Below, one piece after another: positions 63,544 through 64,000 of a stretch of 64,000 nucleotides of DNA. Both the position numbers and the translations under genes were made by a program. Under the pieces are notes generated by a model. It was not told the origin of the DNA and made no database searches. It worked only from the letters and a program-made list of their open reading frames with translations. Each line of letters begins with the position of its first letter. The stretch's first letter is position 1. Origin of the DNA: an uncultured Candidatus Entotheonella sp. (GTDB taxonomy: Bacteria; Tectomicrobia; Entotheonellia; Entotheonellales; Entotheonellaceae); contig CBDCDA010000001.1 in assembly GCA_965215335.1 (NCBI GenBank), forward strand, positions 736,001 through 800,000. Reading direction: 5' to 3'.

Positions 63544-63837
63544 ATGGCAGAACCAGCGGTCCTGCAACCGGACGACATCATCAGCATCACGCGCCATTTT
63601 CGCCTGCAGTGGGAAGAAGCGCAACAGGCCCACGTGTTGCTGTATCCCGAGGGCATGGTGACCCTCAACGGACCGGCCGCGGAAATCCTGACCCGTTGCC
63701 GGGAGGCCAAATCCGTCGCCCGGGTGGTCGAGGAACTGCAACAGGCATTTCCGCAGGATGACATCGCCGCGGACGTGCGCGAGTTTCTGGAGGACGCTCA
63801 TGCAAACGGCTGGATCTGCATCGAACGGGCAGGCTAA
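63544..63837 (+). CDS. pqqD: PqqA peptide chaperone
   Basis: [24 protein letters not shown]. Confidence 0.95.
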   Translation: MAEPAVLQPDDIISITRHFRLQWEEAQQAHVLLYPEGMVTLNGPAAEILTRCREAKSVARVVEELQQAFPQDDIAADVREFLEDAHANGWICIERAG

Positions 63838-64000
63838 CCCCCTGTGGCTGCTGGCGGAGTTGACCTACCGCTGCCCGCTGCAATGTCTCTATTGTTCCAA
63901 CCCCGTGGACTACGCCAAGTATCAAAACGAGCTGACCACCGCGGAATGGCTGCGGGTGCTCCAGGAAGGCCGCGCCATGGGCGCCACGCAGCTCGGCTTC
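63800..64000 (+). CDS. pqqE: Radical SAM PqqA cyclase (partial, runs off the window)
   Basis: [22 protein letters not shown] (CxxxCxxC). Confidence 0.93.
   Translation, partial: MQTAGSASNGQANPLWLLAELTYRCPLQCLYCSNPVDYAKYQNELTTAEWLRVLQEGRAMGATQLGF

Overview
GC-rich (roughly 60-68%) bacterial DNA; the gene content loosely suggests a Tectomicrobia/deltaproteobacteria-like, possibly host-associated organism (inference only). Layout: (1) 1-3.2 kb: end of an ISAzo13 copy inserted in a porin-like gene, then three small membrane-anchored coiled-coil genes with direct, tandem and MITE/REP-like repeats; (2) 3.4-26.5 kb: core genes ctpA, tsaD, cytochrome c, rnpB and the dcw cluster (mraZ-rsmH-ftsL-ftsI-murE-murF-mraY-ftsW-murG-murC-murB-ftsQ-ftsA-ftsZ-pgeF-yggS-proC-yggU fragment-mtnA), lacking murD and ddl and with an AT-rich patch inside murC; (3) 27-40 kb: DUF1501-DUF1800-NHL-haloacetate dehalogenase-like genes, IS remnants, an IS5-split aldo-keto reductase, MFS, panE and several internally deleted relics (acyl-CoA synthetase, Bpu10I-like R-M system, hisG); (4) 40-58 kb: a decaying surface-polysaccharide locus (UDP-GlcA decarboxylase, GT2/GT4s, sulfotransferase, Wzx, Wzy-like) interleaved with two AAA-ATPase/PD-(D/E)XK nuclease paralogs; (5) 58-61.6 kb: stacked and nested IS elements; (6) pqqBCDE without an adjacent pqqA. 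Family assignments come from motif recognition, not database searches.
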